A DNA stretch of 64,000 bases from Vicugna vicugna (Eukaryota): NCBI GenBank assembly GCA_013265495.1, contig MU058531.1, positions 1,860,911 through 1,924,910 on the forward strand, read 5' to 3'. Below the pieces are notes generated by a model. It did no database searches, was not told where the DNA came from, and saw nothing but the letters and a program-made list of their open reading frames with translations. This document shows, in pieces, positions 51,207-64,000 of this stretch (positions are counted from its first letter, which is position 1; each line of letters begins with the position of its first letter). Position numbers and translations under genes: made by a program.

Positions 51207-54200
51207 ACCCAATTATCCGTTACATTTTCCAATCACTTTACATAACCAACCATTTTCATCGTTGTCACACTATTGTAAACCACATCAGCAAGTTAATACA
51301 TAAAGCTTTGCATTTCAAAAAACTAGACACTTTAGTAACAATATTACAAAGGTTTTAGCTTCAAAAATAACTGAAAATGAAAAAAATAAACTTTTAAAGA
51401 ATTAGCATCATAAAATTAATTTATTCCAAGTAAAAATACAAAATAATATTATGACATTGACCAGATATGAAAGTCCCTCCCAGAAACAGCTCTATTAATG
51501 ATTGAGAAAGCACTCCTTAAAGAAAATACGAAATAAAATGAAAAATATGTAAATATGTTTAATTTTTTTCTTAGCAAAAAATCTTTCTAAAAATAACAAT
51601 GAAAATTTGTCTCAGTACAAAGGCTACATTACTATTGAAAAAATACCAGCATGAAGAAAAGGTACATATTTGACAGTAGAAAAATGATTTCAGTGAATCA
51701 CAATGTCTAAAGTTTGCAATGAAAATAAATCTGCAATAAAGATTTATGCCTTTTTTCTTTTCTTTTTTTTTCTATTTTTTATACAAACAGTACAAACAGT
51801 ATTGCACATAACAACAAATAGTCGAGGTTAGGTTATAGCCTTCAAAAAATCGACTAGTTCAAGTGTCACATCAAGGAAAGGCCACAACAGGACCTGTGAT
51901 ACCCAGGGGCTTCCCATCAAGTTGCAGGTCAGAACACCTCTGTGTTTTAAAAAATAATTTTTTTGAAGGACCCTCTCTTTTAATATAACATTAACAACTT
52001 GGGGGCACATTTATTTACAAAACAAAAGGGAACATGTTATAATTTAATAAACTAAAAAAGTTCTCTTTAAAAAAATACAAACAGAAGAACTCTTTCACAA
52101 TCCTGGTCAGTCGTGCACAATCAACGCTTGATTATAAATATACAAATTAAGGGAAAGTAGTTTCCATCACCTATTCACAACTTTCAGCACCAAATGGAGT
52201 TTGTTTTTTGTAACCTGTTCTTCATGACAATGTTTTTTTTTGCCTTCACTTCAGCTTTATGCTGTACAATCTTCCAGCTTTTTTTTTTTTAAATCTCAGT
52301 GTTATTTTAGTACATGAAAGAGGGGTGCTTCTTCAAAAAGTTTTGCTTCTTTCACATAATTAGGTAGATTTCTGTAGGTTAGATATGATCTTTAATATTA
52401 TAGTTATAAAGCTCTAACTTCTTCATTTTCAAAAAACACAAATAAGCATGAAAAAAATAAAGTTACCCATCTGTTAAATCATTTTTCTTGCAGAATTAAA
52501 TTAATATATATTTTTCTGAATAAACTTACTTAGAAAATATCATTTTCTTTCCTATATTTCAAAATTGAGGTATTGCAAAAGATCATGTCAGTCAGAAAGC
52601 ATGCCTTTTTCCTTAAAAACAAACAAAAAAATCTTCAGCCAACTTCTGAAAACTGTCTAGAATACAAAAAGTAGTAGTGCATAACAAAATTCCTTGTACA
52701 GATGAAAAAAACCACAAACATAGAAAAAAAAACAAACAAACAAACAGAAAACCACAGCTGGGCTGGAAAAAAGCAATTATTACCAAAAAGCCCAGAGGTA
52801 ACCTCAAAGGGGGAGAATTCTAATACGCATTTTTAATCCAGTAAAAAACTACTTTGTTTTTTTCCTTTTTGAAAACAAACTATAGTTTGAGAGCTGGTAA
52901 TTGCAACTGAACACTGGAGAAACAGAACCAAACCAAACCAAACCAAGCGATACTAACTTAAGACAATACAAGGACATCACAGCACATAAAACACAGCGAC
53001 TTAAATCTGTTCTGCAGTGTCATATCCAGTCAGATTGTCCCCAGAATCCCAAAACATAGGAAGAAGATTTAAAAAAAGATTTACATAGTCTCATAACCAT
53101 TGTGTGTGTTTATATATCACCTATCTGCAGCTCAGGAGTGAGTGCTAAAAAAATGTCCATGGTAGTACTAGCAGGTCTTAATTCTATTCAAGCTTTACAG
53201 GATAAAATCCAGGGAAAAGTAGTTAATTTCTCACCCAGACAACCAACCCTGCCCAGGCCGTCTTATTTTGTACAGACATTTCTTTAGCATCACCGTCACG
53301 CAACTTTCTTAAAATGTGCCTAGTTTGTCAATCTGACAACTTATCTCTATATACTGTATATATTCCTAGTGTTTGTAAGCTAAGATGAGCTCTTTGGTTT
53401 TCTGGACAAGGTCTGAAGCTATGTAAAATGGTGCAAGCACTAGGAGATTGTAACTAAGAGCTCATGTGTTAGTTAATAATATACCAGTTATGAACTGTCA
53501 AGTTCGTTAATGTCTGACACAGAGGCTTTAAACAGTTAAGTTTGATCACAGTTAGACATAATCACTTTACTATATAAAATAAATTGCACAATATATAACA
53601 GAGCACCGCAAAGTACTTCATCTACCATCCACAAATTTGCTTTAAGAATATCCTACACCTAGGTTTTATATTGGTTGTAATATAGGTCATTCTGTTATGG
53701 GCTCTTCCCAATTTCAGAAGCATTCCATTTATTGAGGCATGCCTTCCTCCAATCCAAGAATTACCAATTCTTTGAATGAAAAAAATCTTTTTTAAAAAAA
53801 TCAGTATTTTATAGCTTATATAGATCCTTAATTTGTGCAGTGTGGGAAGGTTTTATACTAGACATCGGATATAAAATTTATTGCATGCAGCAACCTGATT
53901 AAGTAAACATGCAGTCAGAAATAGTGACCTTCCGTCGAAGCTTTCTCAGGTCTACTCTGATCTCCTTTCGGCAGCTGATTCTATCCCTAAATCACAAAAG
54001 TGTGTTGTTGGGTTTTTTGTAATTGATACCTTAGCCTGAATAGAGTATTATGGTATTAATAATACCATTTTAATAGCAGCAAAAGCTATTGCAGCATAAA
54101 TTTACGTAACACTAAAAGATCTAACCAAAATCCTCGGCAAAACAAAAATCAAACATGAAGGAAAAAATAAAGATTCAGCTTATGAGGTATCCTTACATGT

Positions 54201-54403
54201 CAAAATAGAGAGCAACTAAAGGCTTATTTTCATTAAGGGTTACTCTTACTCTAAATGACCCCAACTAATGACTGCTGAACTGTTGTGAAGTTTTTGCTAC
54301 ATCTGCCACCTACTCACGAGTATTACCTTTGGTAAGTCTTCTCCTAGGGGCGATTCTCTAAGTTTCTGAAAATAAGTGCATGCTCCAGTTCAAAAACAAT
54401 CAG

Positions 54404-54447
54404 AACAACAACAACAACAACACAACAACAACAACAAACAAAAAAAA
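54404..54447. repeat. (CAA)n / A-rich microsatellite in the CPEB3 3'UTR
   Basis: Directly visible. Confidence 0.9.
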
Positions 54448-54777
54448 TCACAGACATCAACCTGATGGCCGCTGATGAGAATGGCAGTCTACGAGTGACA
54501 AATCAGGTGTAAGAAATTAAGGTACCAAGCAGACAAAGGTGTGAATCAAAGTGCAAATCAGTACCGTTACACACTCTGCAATTCTGCATTATACTGGACA
54601 CTGAGTTCAGTAATATGACTGTAAATAATAATTAATAATAATAAAAAGACCCATTTCTTCTTTAAAAATCGAGAACGAATGCACAGATTTCCAGAACACT
54701 GTAAGCCCTGAGGCAGTGCCCTCTCTTTTCCCTCCTTGTTATCTATGCCAGTACTTGTGGCTGGGTCTGCCCTGGGC

Positions 54778-55005
54778 TCAGCTCCAGCGGAACGGGACGT
54801 GCCGAGGGCGGTCGCCTCCCTCCTTCACCAGCGGTTTGTGGAACTCCCGCCCGGCGCGGGAGTGAATGCTCGCCCAGCAGTATTCGCAGTAGTACTGCAG
54901 ACAGGTGACGTTGGCACAGAAGAACGGGGCAAACTTCCCAGCGCAGCGTGTGCCCTGGCACTCATCACACATCTGATCATCCAGCACGTAGGGCTTCACT
55001 TCCAC
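54778..55005 (-). CDS. CPEB3: CPEB3 last coding exon (end of RRM2 plus ZZ zinc-binding domain)
   Basis: VEVKPYVLDDQMCDECQGTRCAGKFAPFFCANVTCLQYYCEYCWASIHSRAGREFHKPLVKEGGDRPRHVPFRWS*; CAG acceptor at 55008-55006. The C-terminus and position next to BTAF1 indicate CPEB3. Confidence 0.96.
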   Translation of the reverse strand: MEVKPYVLDDQMCDECQGTRCAGKFAPFFCANVTCLQYYCEYCWASIHSRAGREFHKPLVKEGGDRPRHVPFRWS

Positions 55006-56459
55006 CTGGACCCAGAGAGGAAAGACAAGGGGGAAGAATTTAGCAAAGCTTCCCCACGCTTCTTCCTTTTGAGAATTTATAACATAGCTTAATATGTCTC
55101 CGTCTGACTTGGCTCTGAACTCAGCTGGTATCAAACAGCAGCTCTCAGCTGGGCTTTGGGATCCGCTCCCTGACTTCCTAGTTGTGTGATGGTAGGTAAA
55201 TCCATAACCTCTGTTTCTGTTTGCTCTGTCTGTAGATCTGTAAGACGGGTGTGACGCTGTGCACGGACACACACATTTGTTTGCCTGTAAGATGAGTATG
55301 ACTGGGTCTACCTCAAAGAGTGCTGTGCAGGATTCATAGAGGAAGCACATATAAAAGTACATGGGCTGAATCTGAAAGGCTGGGCAGCACTCGGAAATGT
55401 AGGACAAGGAACAGCGTTTCAGGGGGAGGAACCAGTGAGGACAAAGGCCAGAAGCAGGTAGAGGCAGGGCGCATACTTGGGGAATGGTTTGGCAGGAGCT
55501 AGGCTGGAGGGGAAGTCACACTGAGGCTGGCGGAAGGGCAACCCTACCGTGAGGCTCTGGGCTAGAACGTTTTAAGGACAAGGCTTTCAAAAGACTAACT
55601 TCCCAGGACTGTACACAATGGACTGGAGGGAACAGGGGGCCCAGGGAGATGTTAAGAAGCTACTATAACAATTGAGGCTTTAAAAATTTTTTTGGATTTT
55701 ATCGCCTTAACCTCCCCCCAAGAGTGGAAGGTTTAATAGAAGAGAACTTTTCATCACAGCCCTTCAGAGGCATCTTATTCTAAATGAAACAACGCTCTAT
55801 TATATGAAAATCAAAAGCAAGGGAGAACACAAGTTACCACAGTCTCCCCTCAAGTCCTCTCCCTAGAACCTCAGCAAAGGAACATCATTCAGGTTTTCAT
55901 CTCGCGAGTCCAGAAGTTAGCAGGAAGGCGGCAAGTCTGTGACTGGGCTCCTTCCCATGCCAACCTCTGGAGCCATTCTGGGGAAGAGCAGCCACTGCGG
56001 CTGCTGGGGCAGTGGAGACGAGGACCCATGGTTTTTGACATGAGCCAACTGCCTGACAGTTCAGGCTGCCTCTGGACACAGCCAGGAGGTTCCAGCCGGG
56101 CACCAGGCAGGGTCCTGGAGGGGTGGGGGGGGCAGCATGAGGTGAGCAGGGAGGCGGGGACTTCCTAGGCCTGGATGCTCAAGCTCCTGGTCCTTCCTGT
56201 CTCCAGGCCCCTTCACTGGCCACCTCTGGAGATGCATCTTCAGCCTTGAGCTCCAGTCCACAGAGCTGCGGCCAGCCAGACACTTCTGCTGGGAAGACCC
56301 GAGATGACCTGTCCCAGCCTTCGGTTACCCAGGGGGAAAACATCTTTTCTCTGGCTCTAGTCCCCCTCCTCCAATTTCCTCCTCCTCAGCCTGACAGGTG
56401 AGTGAGTGGAATTCAACAAAATCCCTCACATTCATCTCTGCATTGTAACCAAAAGTGCA

Positions 56460-56700
56460 GTGGCACTGGGGTCATTGGCCTCAGTTCAAATCTAGGCCAC
56501 GTTAGTAGCTGTGCAGCCTTCGGCAAGTTTCTCAGGCACTCTAAGCCTCTGTTTCCTCATCTGTACACTGGGCGGTGGGCGGGGGAAGGGTTCATACTTT
56601 TTGGGGTTCCTATGAAGAGCAAATGAATTAAACCATAGAAAGCACACAGAACAGTGCCTGGCACATCACAAGCACAAACTAAGCGTAGTCATTATTCCTT
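56460..56700 (+). mobile_element. MIR SINE
   Basis: ctctaagcctctgtttcctcatctgta...acagtgcctggcacat. Confidence 0.8.
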
Positions 56701-57094
56701 CTGCTTCCTCTCGAGACCAGGCCATCACGACTTGAACCTGCACGTGTGCAGTATCACCGGCCTCTGCACTAACCACCAAGCTCCAAGCCTCCCCTGGTTC
56801 CGTTCTCCTACGTCTGTGTTGATGTTTCAGTCACTTACCTTCTCAGTGTTCCTCTCCTGGTCAAAAGCCATTCAGGCTCTGCACTGCCTGCAGGATTAAG
56901 CCGAGCTGCCTGAGTAGAATAGGGTACCCCCATCCGCTAGGACTCAAATACAAGCCAGAGCCTTCATGATTTGCCCCAGTCTCTCTCCCGACTAGTCCCC
57001 CATCTCAAACTCGACTTGGTCTCTATTTTTACCTGCACTTTCTTCCCACCTTAAATGCTCAGCCCACCCACAATTTTTCTTTTCTTTTTCTGTC

Positions 57095-58395
57095 TTAACA
57101 TAAAATTAACAATCTTAAAGTGAACAATTCTGTGGCATTTAATACATTCACAATGTTGCACAACCACCACCTCTATCTAGTTCTAAAATGTTTTCATCAC
57201 CCCAAAAGGAAACCCTGTATCCGCTAAGCAATGACTCCCCACTTCTCTCCCTCCCTGGCCCCTGACAAGAACCAATCTGCTTTCCATCTCTATGGATTTA
57301 CCTATTTCTGAATATTTTATAGAAATGCAATCACATAATTATGACCTTTTGTGTCCGGCCTCTTTCACTTATGATGTTTTGAGGTTCATCCATGTTGTAG
57401 CATGTAGCAATATTTCATTCCTTTTTATGACTGGATAATACCCCACTATTCATGTACATATATGTATGTAAATATGTCATTTTGTTTATGCTTTCATTCA
57501 CTGATGGACATTTGGGCTGATTCTACCTACTGGCTATCGTGAATGGTGCTGGTACGAACATGTGTGTACATATGTTTGTCTCAAAATTTGTTTTCTTTTC
57601 AGCACATACATAGGCATAGAACTGCTGGGGCCTGTGGCAATTTTATGGTTAACTTTTTGAGGAACTGCCAAATTGTCTCCCACAGAGGCTGGACTATTTT
57701 ACATTCCTATCAGCAGTGTATCAGGGTTTCAATTTCTCTACATATGCACCAACACTTGCTTTTCCATTTTTGTGACTATAGTCATCCTAGTAGGTGTGAA
57801 GAGCTATCTCATTGTGGTTTTGATTTGCATTTCCCTAACTGACTAATGGCACTGTGCACCTTTTTCACATGCTTGTTGGCATTTGTATATTTTCTTTGGA
57901 GAACAAGCTATTCAAGTCCTTTGCCCACTTCTTAAATTGGATTGTCTTTTTGTTATTGAGTTGTAAGAGTTCTTTATATATGCTAGATACTAGACTTTTA
58001 TCAGACATGATTTGCAAATATTTTCTCCTATTTTGTAGGCTATGTTTCATTTACTTGAAAATGTCCTTTGATGCACAGAAGTTTTTGCTTTTGAGGAAGT
58101 CCAATTTATCTATTTTTATCTTTTGTTGCCCTTCCTTTTGATATCTTAGCTAAGAATCCACTGCCAAATCCAAGATCATGAAGATTTACCCCTCTGTTTT
58201 CTTCCAAGAATTTTATGGTTTTAGCTTCTACATTTAGGTTAATTGATTTTGAGTTAATTTTGTATATAGTGTGAGGTAGGGGTCCAACTTCATCCTTTAG
58301 CATGTGGATATCCAGTTGCCCCAGGACCATTTGTTGAATGGTTCAGTTCTTTACCCACTGAATGGTCTTGGCAACCATGCTGAAAATCCATTAGA
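57095..58395 (-). mobile_element. L1MA/MB-like 3' part
   Basis: - strand ORF2 peptide [28 protein letters not shown] (57865..58050). Confidence 0.88.
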
Positions 58396-58464
58396 GGCCT
58401 CCTTCAACTATGTGAGTCCCATGCGCATCTATCTCTTCCTTCTTTGAACTTAGTAATACTCCAC

Positions 58465-58515
58465 TGGAATTTGACACAACATTGTAAAATGATTATAAAA
58501 AATGTTAAAAAAAAA
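58465..58515 (+). mobile_element. Ultra-short (~50 bp) L1 3'-end insertion
   Basis: Perfect 11-bp TSD taatactccac (58454-58464 and 58516-58526); the body matches the L1 end at 61049-61110 in reverse. Confidence 0.85.
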
Positions 58516-60072
58516 TAATACTCCACACTCCACATGGCTGCTCCTCTGGCACTTCCTATCTACAGTCCTGCCTTGGTCAGCATCTCTCCTTATCTTCAAG
58601 CAACTTGAGAACAGAGTCCTGGAGGAAGACAGGATAGTGGCAGCTCCGGGGAAGAATGTGGTGTGCAGAGATTGTGGGCTTCTGGGGGAACGGAGCTGTA
58701 GAGAGTATGTATAACCTGGCCCGATCTCCTTGTATTTGTAGGCCAAGAAGGAGCAAAGTGGTGGACTGAATCCCCCCCCCGCCCCGAGGCGGGAGGACTA
58801 CTGGGAGAGACAGGCATGCAAGGGACTGGGAAGAGCCAGTCCAGAAGCTGAGGATTGCTTTGCTTCTACAAGGGGTAGCCACCTATACTCAGGCTACTCC
58901 AGCCCCAAAAAGCCTAGCAAAGGGGATCCAGCAGTCAGAGGGGACTAGTCTGAACAAAGAGAATTCACACTTAGCAAAAGCAAGCTGCTGGAGGAGAAAG
59001 ACAATAGCCATTTGTAATACATACACATAGGAAAAGAGTACTTCAGGAGACTGAGCCTAGCACAAAGGGCACTTTCTTGTAATAAATTTCTTTAAAAGGT
59101 TACTTTTGTTTAGGTGTGAGAGCAGTACTGTGGTTATGTGGCAGTTTTTTCCCCTTAGGTTTTTTTTTTAATGACCTTAAATTAATTTTTATAATTGAGG
59201 TTAAGTCATAAAGAATTGACCATTTTAAAGTGAACAATCCAGGGGTTTGCACAACATTTAATACACTCACAGTGTTGTGCCACCACCACCTCTATCTAGT
59301 TTCAAAACATTTTCATCACTCGTAAAGGAAATCTCTTACTCCCAGTTTTGTTTTTTAAAGAACTCTTTTTAGAGATACATACTGAATTATTTCAGGATGA
59401 AATTATATCGTGTCTGGGATCTGCTTCAAAATAATCTGGGGTGAAGGTTGGAAAGTGCGTAGAGGTGTAGATGAAACAAGATTAGTCACGAGTTGATAAT
59501 AGTGAAACTGGATGATAAGAACACTGTACGCTGATAATTGTAATTGGATGATTGGATTCATTACACTATTCTCTATACTTTTTTATTTATATGGAGTTTA
59601 AAAAATCTAAACTGTGACTTTTTGACTAATTATCAGATAAACTGAAGAAGGATAATCACCACTGAGATTCAGTTTAGTGGCCTAGAAGATCAAGTGGTAG
59701 AAATACATCAAAGCTCTGGCAACAAATAATTTTAAAAAGAGAGGAAAAATAAGACATTTTAGAATAGATCCAGGAGAACCTATCATTTTAAATAACAAAA
59801 GTTCCAAAAGAAGAAAAAAATAATAATAAGGAAAAGAAGTAAGTTGACATGAATTCTAAAACTGCATACCCAAACTCCCCCAGGACCAGCCTGGGCTGAT
59901 CAGAAAAAACATACCACCAGGTAGGTGTACGCCAGTAAAATGACTTGCTTTGAAACCAAGTCCCCATGCTGAGTTTATAGTTTATTATCCTCTCTGTGCA
60001 AAACTTTATTCTTTCTTACCCTGCCCCCAGTTCCTCTTAGAATTGAGGAGTATCAAAAAAGGGGAGTGTCAC

Positions 60073-60696
60073 TGACACCGAACAGGACTCTGTGGGGGCT
60101 CTCTGGGATACAAAAACTCCTCCGTGTCCCTGGTTCCTCGTTTGTAGAAAAAGGCTTAGGCTCCTAGATCTTCCCTGAGTTCCAAAGGGCAGATTTGAGC
60201 AGTTACTAATTAGGGAAGTGAGGGAATGCAGAAACAAAGGGAAAGCAGTCAAGAAACAACAGATCAAACAGAGCCCTAGTTTCTCTGTGAGGGACATGTA
60301 TAACACTCTGACACTTATCTTTGAGTTGCTCTATAGGAACTAAGACCCAACCCCCACGCACCTTCCCCAACTCCAAGGATGGTGACTGCTTGTTGACCAC
60401 AAGCACCTAGACCCCAGACTGGTTGGAACCAGACAGTTGATGATTAAGATTCCTGAACCACCACCCTGCTACATCACCACCAACCATCCAGAAGAAAGTC
60501 ATGACCCTCATCCCAAGTGTTGCCTTGGAAGCCCTTCCCTGAAAAGCACCAGGGAGTTCGGGTCTTTTGAGCAGGAGCTGCCTGTTCTCACTTGGCGCTG
60601 CAATCAGTGCTATACTGTCCTTCACCACAACCCAGAGTCAGTGAAAATGGCTCTGCTTCCTGGTGGGCAAGTGGACGCAAGTTCCGTTAGGTAACA
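60073..60696 (+). mobile_element. ERV solo LTR
   Basis: TG...CA termini (tgacaccgaac/gttaggtaaca), about 620 bp, with U3-R-U5-like composition. Confidence 0.75.
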
Positions 60697-61048
60697 ACAC
60701 CCATAGGTGTACATTTACTTAGTTTCCAGTTTTTTGGCACTATTGGCAATTCTCCACTAAATACACTTCTCATGTGTCCTCACATCTGGTGATTTTGTTT
60801 TCAAGCATTAACAACAACCAACAGTGGGATTATTGGGTCCAAGAGTATAGGTATTTTTAATTTTAAGAATTTGCAAGTTTGCTCTTTTTTTAAAGTGTTG
60901 CAGCAATTTACATTTCTATCAGCAAATGATAAGAAGTAGTTATCATCTCTTTTAAATGTTTGCCAGTCTAATGAGAATGAAGTGACATTAATTTTCTTTT
61001 TCCTTACTATGACTAAACCGAACATCTTTTTATGTGGATTGCCTGTGA

Positions 61049-61438
61049 TTTTTTTAAACATTTTTTATTGAGTTATAGTCATTTTACAATGTTGTATCAA
61101 ATTCCAGTGTAGACCACAATTTTTCAGTTATACACAAACATACATACATTCATTGTCACATTCTTTTTCGCTGTGAGCTATCACAAGATCTTGTATATAT
61201 TTCCCTGTGCTATACAGTATAATCTTGTTTATCTATTCTACATTTTGAAATCCCAGTCTGTCCCTTCCTGTGATTTTTTTTTTAATTGAAGTATAGTTGG
61301 TTTACAATGTAGTGTTAGTTTCTGGTGTACAGCATAGTGATTCAGTTACACATATATATATATTCTTTTTCATTATTGGTTATTACAAGATATTGACTAT
61401 AGTTCCTCATGCTACACAGTAGGACCTTGTTTGTTTAT
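61049..61438 (-). mobile_element. Two L1 3'-end fragments in tandem
   Basis: T-runs at 61049 and 61274, each preceded by cctgtga; a third cctgtg at 61440. Confidence 0.85.
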
Positions 61439-64000
61439 GCCTGTGCATTCTTATGTGAATTATCTTCCACACATTTTCCTATTCTGTTATGTCTTTTTCT
61501 TGACAATTTTTAACAGTTCTTTGTATGGAATAAATGATAATCTGCAATTTTTTCCCAAATCCATCATTTGCCTTTGACTTTCCTCGTGGAATCATTGCCA
61601 TTTAAATATATTTTATTTTTACATAGTCTAATATATTTATTTCTTTCTGAAGCTTCTAGGTTTCTAATCCTTATTAAGAAGATCTTCCTTGTCCTGAATA
61701 CCCTATGGAATATCATGCAGTCATGAAAAAGACTGAATTAGTGCTGGATTGAAAGGATTTCCACAACATGGGGATATTAAGCTCTGGTGGAATGATGGCT
61801 ACAAACACCTAATGCAAACTGTAAAACACTGAACAAACAAATGTAAGGTCAAGTAACACATGCATGCTGGTATCTGAAAATGCAATGTGAATAACCTGCA
61901 CCTTCTGTGTATTCAGGCTTCCAGCTGAACTTGGCACCAACGTTCCTCACCAGCTGAGGGGTTTTGAGGGATCTGGTCAACACAGTACTTCAGCAGCTCT
62001 GTCATGAAACCCTACCAGGCCAGGGGCACTGGGCCCAGGCATCTACTGATGCCTTATTTTAATCATGGGATTAATTAATTAGGGAGTCATGGATTCCTCA
62101 TAAGTTATTTTTTCGTGGAGCATTTTTTCCTTTTTTGGTGCTAAACCACCAAATTTTGACATTTCTTGATAGAAATCTTCCTAAAATATACTATTTATTC
62201 TTCCCCCTCTTAAGCAAGGGGTCCTTTATAGTAACTCAGGGGATACAATGAGGTGGACAGGTTTTACTTTTTCTGTCACCTCCTTCAAAATCTGTCGGCC
62301 TGCTACCACTTCTGTTAACACCTTTCAAGGACCCTTTATAATTTTGCAACTTCCAATCATTTTTAATTGGCTTGAAAGGCTAGACAATCACTTTTGCTAA
62401 GACTAATGTATTAAACAAGACTCTGAATGAAGCCAAAAAAAACTAAAGGATGTGACTTCTGGAGTCCCTTGTGCTGTTAGAGGCCTTTCCTGACAATTTC
62501 CAGAGGGCTGCCTTCCAGGGCGAGTGGTGCTATTACTGTAAAGCCACTTCCAGCACCTGTGTGCAAGGGCTGATCCAGAGAGTAGACAAGACATACACCA
62601 AGACTCAAAATGATCCACAAACACATATGTGCAAGGTGGCTCCCACAACCTCTCAAAGGGCAACAGTCAAGCAGTACCTCTGGCAATTTATATCAACAAA
62701 GAGAAGTAGCTGCATGAAGGACACTGGTAGTCAGGTGGTCTGACGCCCAAGAAGAGTGATTATTCCAGCTCAAATGGATTAATTCATTTGATGACTATTT
62801 ATGGAGTGTCTATTCCTTACAAGCTACCATATTAAAAACTGAAACACAATGGAGAACAAGACAGTTCTCTCCTAAAATAATTTATCTGAGAATTTCTTAA
62901 AGGCATTCCAACCATTTATAGTTTTTGCCATATCCTCATGCCATCTGTATTTACTATTACTTGCTGTTTTACTTGACTATTCAGATTAATTCTGTTTTTC
63001 CCAACACAGAGATATATACCTACTAAAATAAAAACAGGTTTCTCTGTTAACCACCGAAATCACCTGAAATATCATTAACCTATGGCACTTTGGAGACATC
63101 AACCTACTGGGATCACATTACTGATCTACAACTACCATTAAAGTCCAAATACTGGGGCCCTATGAGGAGCCAATCAGATCACCAAGCTGACCCTCTGCTT
63201 CAAAGAGATTTTCAGGCACAGGAGATGAAAACTTCCTACAAGAAACACTTGAATTCATATGGTACACTGGGAGATGACCATGCCCAAGGATGCTGAAGAG
63301 TATGTGTAACTTATTGATGAGAGGTGACTATTAAGGGTTAGGAAGCCTGTGGAATGCTGGGTAAGTGGCTATAAGAAGATGGATAAAGGGAATAATACAT
63401 GTAGAATGATACAGACAAAGGAAAAAACCCATATATTAATAAACTTATCTCAATACTGACATTGTTTTGTCTCTAACAAGTTAGGGAAAATGCTTTGGTC
63501 GGCAGTCATTCTGATATCAGCCAACAAAATGACCTCCCAAAGTAAATAAAGCAATGACAAACAGCTCTTGGTGGCAGAGAGGTGATACCAAAGAGACCAT
63601 AAACTATTCACAGGTCCAGAATTCTCTCTCCTTGGACCTGAAAGGTTGTAGTAATGAGGAAGGAGGCATTAGCCAAGGTCAGGCTCAGTCTGAGTGATGC
63701 ACTAAAGGTCATATAACGAACAGCTAAAGGCTGGTCGCTGCTGTAGTCTCTTTTGGTGACAAGAAAAAACAAATTAGATCTGTCAGGTACCCAGCCACCC
63801 CAAGGCAGGGAAGGCATGTTTACACGTGGCTGGGAAGATGAGTACCAGCCTCGATTTCAGATAATGGAGTCAGAGTGGACAAACTGGAGAAGAGGCCAAG
63901 TGAAGAGGTATAATTTAATAAGGATAATTGTCTGGAAAGGCTTGCCCAGAAGTCAGGTAGGCCATTTCTTTTCATCTGGAGCAACATGCTTCCTGGAAAA

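Larger units (their letters stand above)
49245..54777 (-). other. CPEB3: CPEB3 long 3'UTR with tandem poly(A) sites
   Basis: U-rich on the - strand and free of obvious transposons for about 5.5 kb; AATAAA at 51206-51201 and ATTAAA at 49267-49262. The distal end is inferred. Confidence 0.75.
55006..64000 (-). other. CPEB3: CPEB3 last intron (3' part)
   Basis: Lies upstream of the terminal exon acceptor; repeat-rich; no further CPEB3 exon recognised. Confidence 0.85.

Noticed and set aside
55006..55407. N-terminal 134 aa of the 209-aa ORF 54778..55407
   Set aside because: Intronic open frame upstream of the CAG acceptor, with no CPEB similarity.
58530..59080. Processed pseudogene in a GC-richer intronic patch
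   Set aside because: No recognisable protein in any frame and no poly(A) plus TSD; more likely a decayed ancient repeat.
55006..64000. CPEB3 HDV-like self-cleaving ribozyme
   Set aside because: It lies in an early CPEB3 intron far upstream. I saw no match to its sequence in this part of the last intron; an Rfam/Infernal search would confirm.

Overview
This is mammalian genomic DNA, most likely from a camelid, inferred from three Vic-1-type tRNA-derived SINEs. Two genes converge tail to tail. On the + strand are the last 17 coding exons of BTAF1 (Mot1/TAF172, SNF2-family ATPase; 1314-23603) plus its 3'UTR; all exon phases join into one open frame. On the - strand are the terminal exon of CPEB3 (ZZ domain, CDS 55005-54778), a 3'UTR of about 3.6-5.5 kb, and part of its last intron. 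Between the genes lie a ~20 kb stack of nested LINE-1 fragments (~25.7-45.5 kb) and an orphan CpG island (~47.9-48.9 kb) just past the distal CPEB3 poly(A) signal. I see no convincing wholly new biological system. The best leads are: a U12-type intron in BTAF1; a candidate in-frame 3-nt microexon; promoter-like structure in the CpG island; a Gly>Ala change in the CPEB3 ZZ domain; and several L1 rearrangements (internal deletion, templated insertion, possible 3' transduction, serial same-site insertion). Exon boundaries were read base by base. Repeat boundaries and subfamily names are approximate and come from recall, not from a database search.
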